Part shown: positions 61,530-64,000 of the stretch, piece by piece
How positions within the stretch are numbered: position 1 is the first letter of the stretch
Layout of the letters: every line of letters begins with the position of its first letter
DNA from: an uncultured Gemmatimonadales bacterium
GTDB taxonomy: Bacteria; Gemmatimonadota; Gemmatimonadetes; Gemmatimonadales; GWC2-71-9
DNA: 64,000 nucleotides
Assembly (NCBI GenBank): GCA_963779755.1
Contig: CAVZZO010000003.1
Location: forward strand, 384,001-448,000
Reading direction: 5' to 3'
Made by a program: the position numbers and the translations under genes
The notes under the pieces: model-generated
The model's input: the letters and a program-made list of their open reading frames with translations, nothing else
The model's database searches: none
What the model was told of the DNA's origin: nothing

Positions 61530-62189
61530 TCAGTCCTCAACTGGCAGATAGCGCTCAAACCACTCCGCCGCCACCTGGGCCGCCCGTTCCAGCGTGCCCG
61601 GCTCCTCGAACAGATGGCTGGCGCCCGGGATGATCACCACCTTGTGCGGTGCACGCAGTCGCTCCGCCGCCATCCGATTCAGCCCGATAACCGGCTCGTC
61701 GGCGCCGCCCACGATGAGCAGCACCGGTGCGGTGACGCCCCCCAGGTAGCCGCCCGCCAGGTCGGGCCGGCCGCCGCGGGAAACCACGGCCCGGATACGG
61801 TTGCCCAGTTGCGCGGCGGCCACCAGCGCGGCCGCGGCGCCGGTGCTGGCGCCGAAATAGCCCAGCGGAACCCCTCCCATCCGGGGCTCGTCCGCGATCC
61901 AGTCGGTGGCCGCCACCAGCCGGGAGGCTAACAGGTCGATATCGAACACGTTGGCACGCTCCCGGCTCTCCGCCTCGGTGAGCAGGTCGAACAGCAGGGT
62001 GGCCAGGCCGTGCCGCACCAGTTCGGCAGCCACCATCCGGTTGCGGGGGCTCAACCGGCTACTGCCGCTCCCGTGCGCAAAGAGTACCAGGCCGGCTGGC
62101 TGCTCCGGCGTGCTCAGGTCGCCGATCAGCTCACCGTGCCGCAGAGGGATTCGCACCGTACGCGCCGACTCCGCCGTCAGAACCGTCAT
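61530..62189 (-). CDS. Dienelactone-hydrolase-like alpha/beta hydrolase
   Basis: FAHGSGSSRLSPRN, GASTG and HLFEEPG motifs. Confidence 0.9.
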   Translation of the reverse strand: MTVLTAESARTVRIPLRHGELIGDLSTPEQPAGLVLFAHGSGSSRLSPRNRMVAAELVRHGLATLLFDLLTEAESRERANVFDIDLLASRLVAATDWIADEPRMGGVPLGYFGASTGAAAALVAAAQLGNRIRAVVSRGGRPDLAGGYLGGVTAPVLLIVGGADEPVIGLNRMAAERLRAPHKVVIIPGASHLFEEPGTLERAAQVAAEWFERYLPVED

Positions 62190-62360
62190 TACCTTCTCCT
62201 TTGGGAACCAGGCGACATCATGGAACCGGCGGCGTGAAGGAGGGCTGAAGCGCCGGTGAAGTCCGTGCCTGCGGAGGCTTCAACCCAACTTCACCGTCCT
62301 CTCAGGCATGCGGTGGCAGTCTTGCACACAGGTGGAGGCAACCGACAAGAGGAGAACGCC

Positions 62361-62567
62361 ATGAGCAGCATCATCAAAGTGATCGAGGTCATCGCCGAGT
62401 CCAACGAGGGCTACGATGACGCCGTGCGGAATGCCGTACAGGAGGCCGCCAGGACCGTCCAGGGTATCAAGTCGGTCTGGGTGGACAATCTGAGCGCCAA
62501 GGTCGAAAACAACCGGGTGGTGGAATTCCGGGTCAACGCCAAGATCTCGTTCGTGGTGAACGAGTAG
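62361..62567 (+). CDS. Dodecin-family protein
   Basis: KVIEVIAES..AV.EA..TV..FRVNAKISF. Confidence 0.9.
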   Translation: MSSIIKVIEVIAESNEGYDDAVRNAVQEAARTVQGIKSVWVDNLSAKVENNRVVEFRVNAKISFVVNE

Positions 62568-62589
62568 CCATTGCCGGCAGGAGGCCGGA

Positions 62590-63267
62590 ATGGTCCATTC
62601 TCCTTCGCTGCAGCCCCCGCTGTTCGCGGACCGGCCGGATGCCGCCAGGCAGCTGGGGGAACGGCTGGCCCGGTTTCGCGATTCCAACCCCCTCATCCTG
62701 GGCATCCCCCGTGGGGGCATACCGATCGCGGCGGAGCTGGCCCGGCAGCTGGGCGGCAGGGTGGACGTCCTGGTGGCACGGAAGCTCGGCGCGCCCGGCG
62801 CGCCCGAACTGGCCATCGGGGCGGTCACCGCCGACGGCGGGCGCTTTCTGAACCAGGAGATCCTGGCCCAGCTGGCCCTCCCGCCGGGATGGCTCGAGGA
62901 GGAGACCGGGCGCCAGATGCGCGAGGCGGAGCGGCGCGAACGGGCCTATCGAGGCGATCGCGCACCGCCTCTGATCCGGAACCGGACCGTGATCCTGGTG
63001 GATGATGGCCTGGCGACCGGAGCCACCATGCGGGCCGCGATCCGCAGCGTGCGGCGGCACCAGCCCGCCCGGCTGATCGTGGCGGCCCCGGTCTGCGCCC
63101 CGGACACCGTGCACCTGCTCCGGCCCGAAGCGGACGACGTGATTTGTGTCGCGACGCCGGAGCCGTTCGGGGCGGTGGGCCTGTTCTACCAGGATTTCCA
63201 TCCGGTGGACGACCGGGAGGTCCAGAAGGCGCTCGCGCTCCCAGCCGCAGAAAGGCCTGAGGTCTGA
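62590..63267 (+). CDS. Phosphoribosyltransferase-family protein
   Basis: FADRPDAA, PRGG and VDDGLATGAT motifs. Confidence 0.92.
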   Translation: MVHSPSLQPPLFADRPDAARQLGERLARFRDSNPLILGIPRGGIPIAAELARQLGGRVDVLVARKLGAPGAPELAIGAVTADGGRFLNQEILAQLALPPGWLEEETGRQMREAERRERAYRGDRAPPLIRNRTVILVDDGLATGATMRAAIRSVRRHQPARLIVAAPVCAPDTVHLLRPEADDVICVATPEPFGAVGLFYQDFHPVDDREVQKALALPAAERPEV

Positions 63268-63428
63268 GGCCAGTAGCGGGATAAGCACACCGGTCCGGCT
63301 CACCTGGCCCCGAGCCGCCGCCGCACCGCCAGACGGTCCAGCTTGAGGACTACCCCGTCAATTTCGACCGGCGCCGGATATCCGCCGACGTCCCCCGCCC
63401 AGTCCTCAGTGCTCAGTCCTTTGCTCTC

Positions 63429-64000
63429 TCAGTAATCCAGCGGCAGCGACACCGTCCGGCCGTCCCGGGCGGAGAGATACATGCCGATCAGCAGTTCCAG
63501 CGACCGCAGCCCTTCTCTGCCGTCGGTCTGAGGCTCGGCCTCGCCCCGGAGCGCCTGGATCACGTTTTCGTAGTACAGCGGGTGGCCGAAACCGTAAACC
63601 GATGGGGTCTGATAACTGGCGTCGCGAACCGTCGCGTCTTCCGGGGCACGGTCGGCGAATTCCCAGGTCAGAATCTCATTCACCGCCACGCCCCCGATCC
63701 GCACCGTGCCCTTCTCGCCAATAACCGTAATGGACCCCTCGTAGTTCCGCGGATAGGTCAGCATCGTCACGGCCAGCGACCCCAGGGCTCCCGAGCGCCA
63801 TTTCACGCTGGCCACCGCGGTGTCTTCGACCTGAATATTGCGGGCCAGCGTGGCCGTGAAGGCGCTGATGCTTTCGACCGGCCCGATGAGCCAGTCCAGC
63901 AGGTCCACATAGTGGCTGGCCTGGTTCATCAGGGCGCCGCCGTCGAACTCCCAGGTGCCGCGCCAGCGGGCGCTGTCGTAGTAGGCCTGGGGCCGGGTCC
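63429..64000 (-). CDS. Gfo/Idh/MocA oxidoreductase (WbpB/WlbA-like), 5' end outside window
   Basis: WRGTWEFDGGALMNQASHYVD motif. Confidence 0.88.
   Translation of the reverse strand, partial: TRPQAYYDSARWRGTWEFDGGALMNQASHYVDLLDWLIGPVESISAFTATLARNIQVEDTAVASVKWRSGALGSLAVTMLTYPRNYEGSITVIGEKGTVRIGGVAVNEILTWEFADRAPEDATVRDASYQTPSVYGFGHPLYYENVIQALRGEAEPQTDGREGLRSLELLIGMYLSARDGRTVSLPLDY

Overview
High-GC bacterial chromosome segment; the housekeeping gene content suggests Gemmatimonadota (inference). Positions 1-22.2 kb hold a large chromosomal integron: an IntI tyrosine recombinase (21144-22136, minus) pointing INTO its array, an attI at about 20763, and 41 attC sites (about 130-145 bp, the first truncated by the window edge) delimiting 41 minus-strand cassettes. 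By my count 26 of the 41 cassettes carry no credible gene. They fall into a few mutually related, GC-rich families with conserved internal inverted repeats. Almost every attC carries a conserved CT(A/G)GCG-N17-TAGG(A/T)T promoter-like motif aimed at the next cassette. The coding cassettes include two toxin-antitoxin pairs, an HXXEE protein in 3 copies, a DUF2007 protein, a GNAT remnant and hypotheticals. Many are frameshifted, possibly from long-read errors. The rest of the window is mostly housekeeping (eno, ftsB, thiL, nnr, glyA, rpiB, thrS, valS, selA, gmhB, purN, purH), plus two tRNAs, an IS30, an IS630, a NemR-like regulator with two operators, many short-unit intergenic repeats, and an accessory cluster after tRNA-Ser. 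Coordinates were counted by hand and may be off by a few bases.
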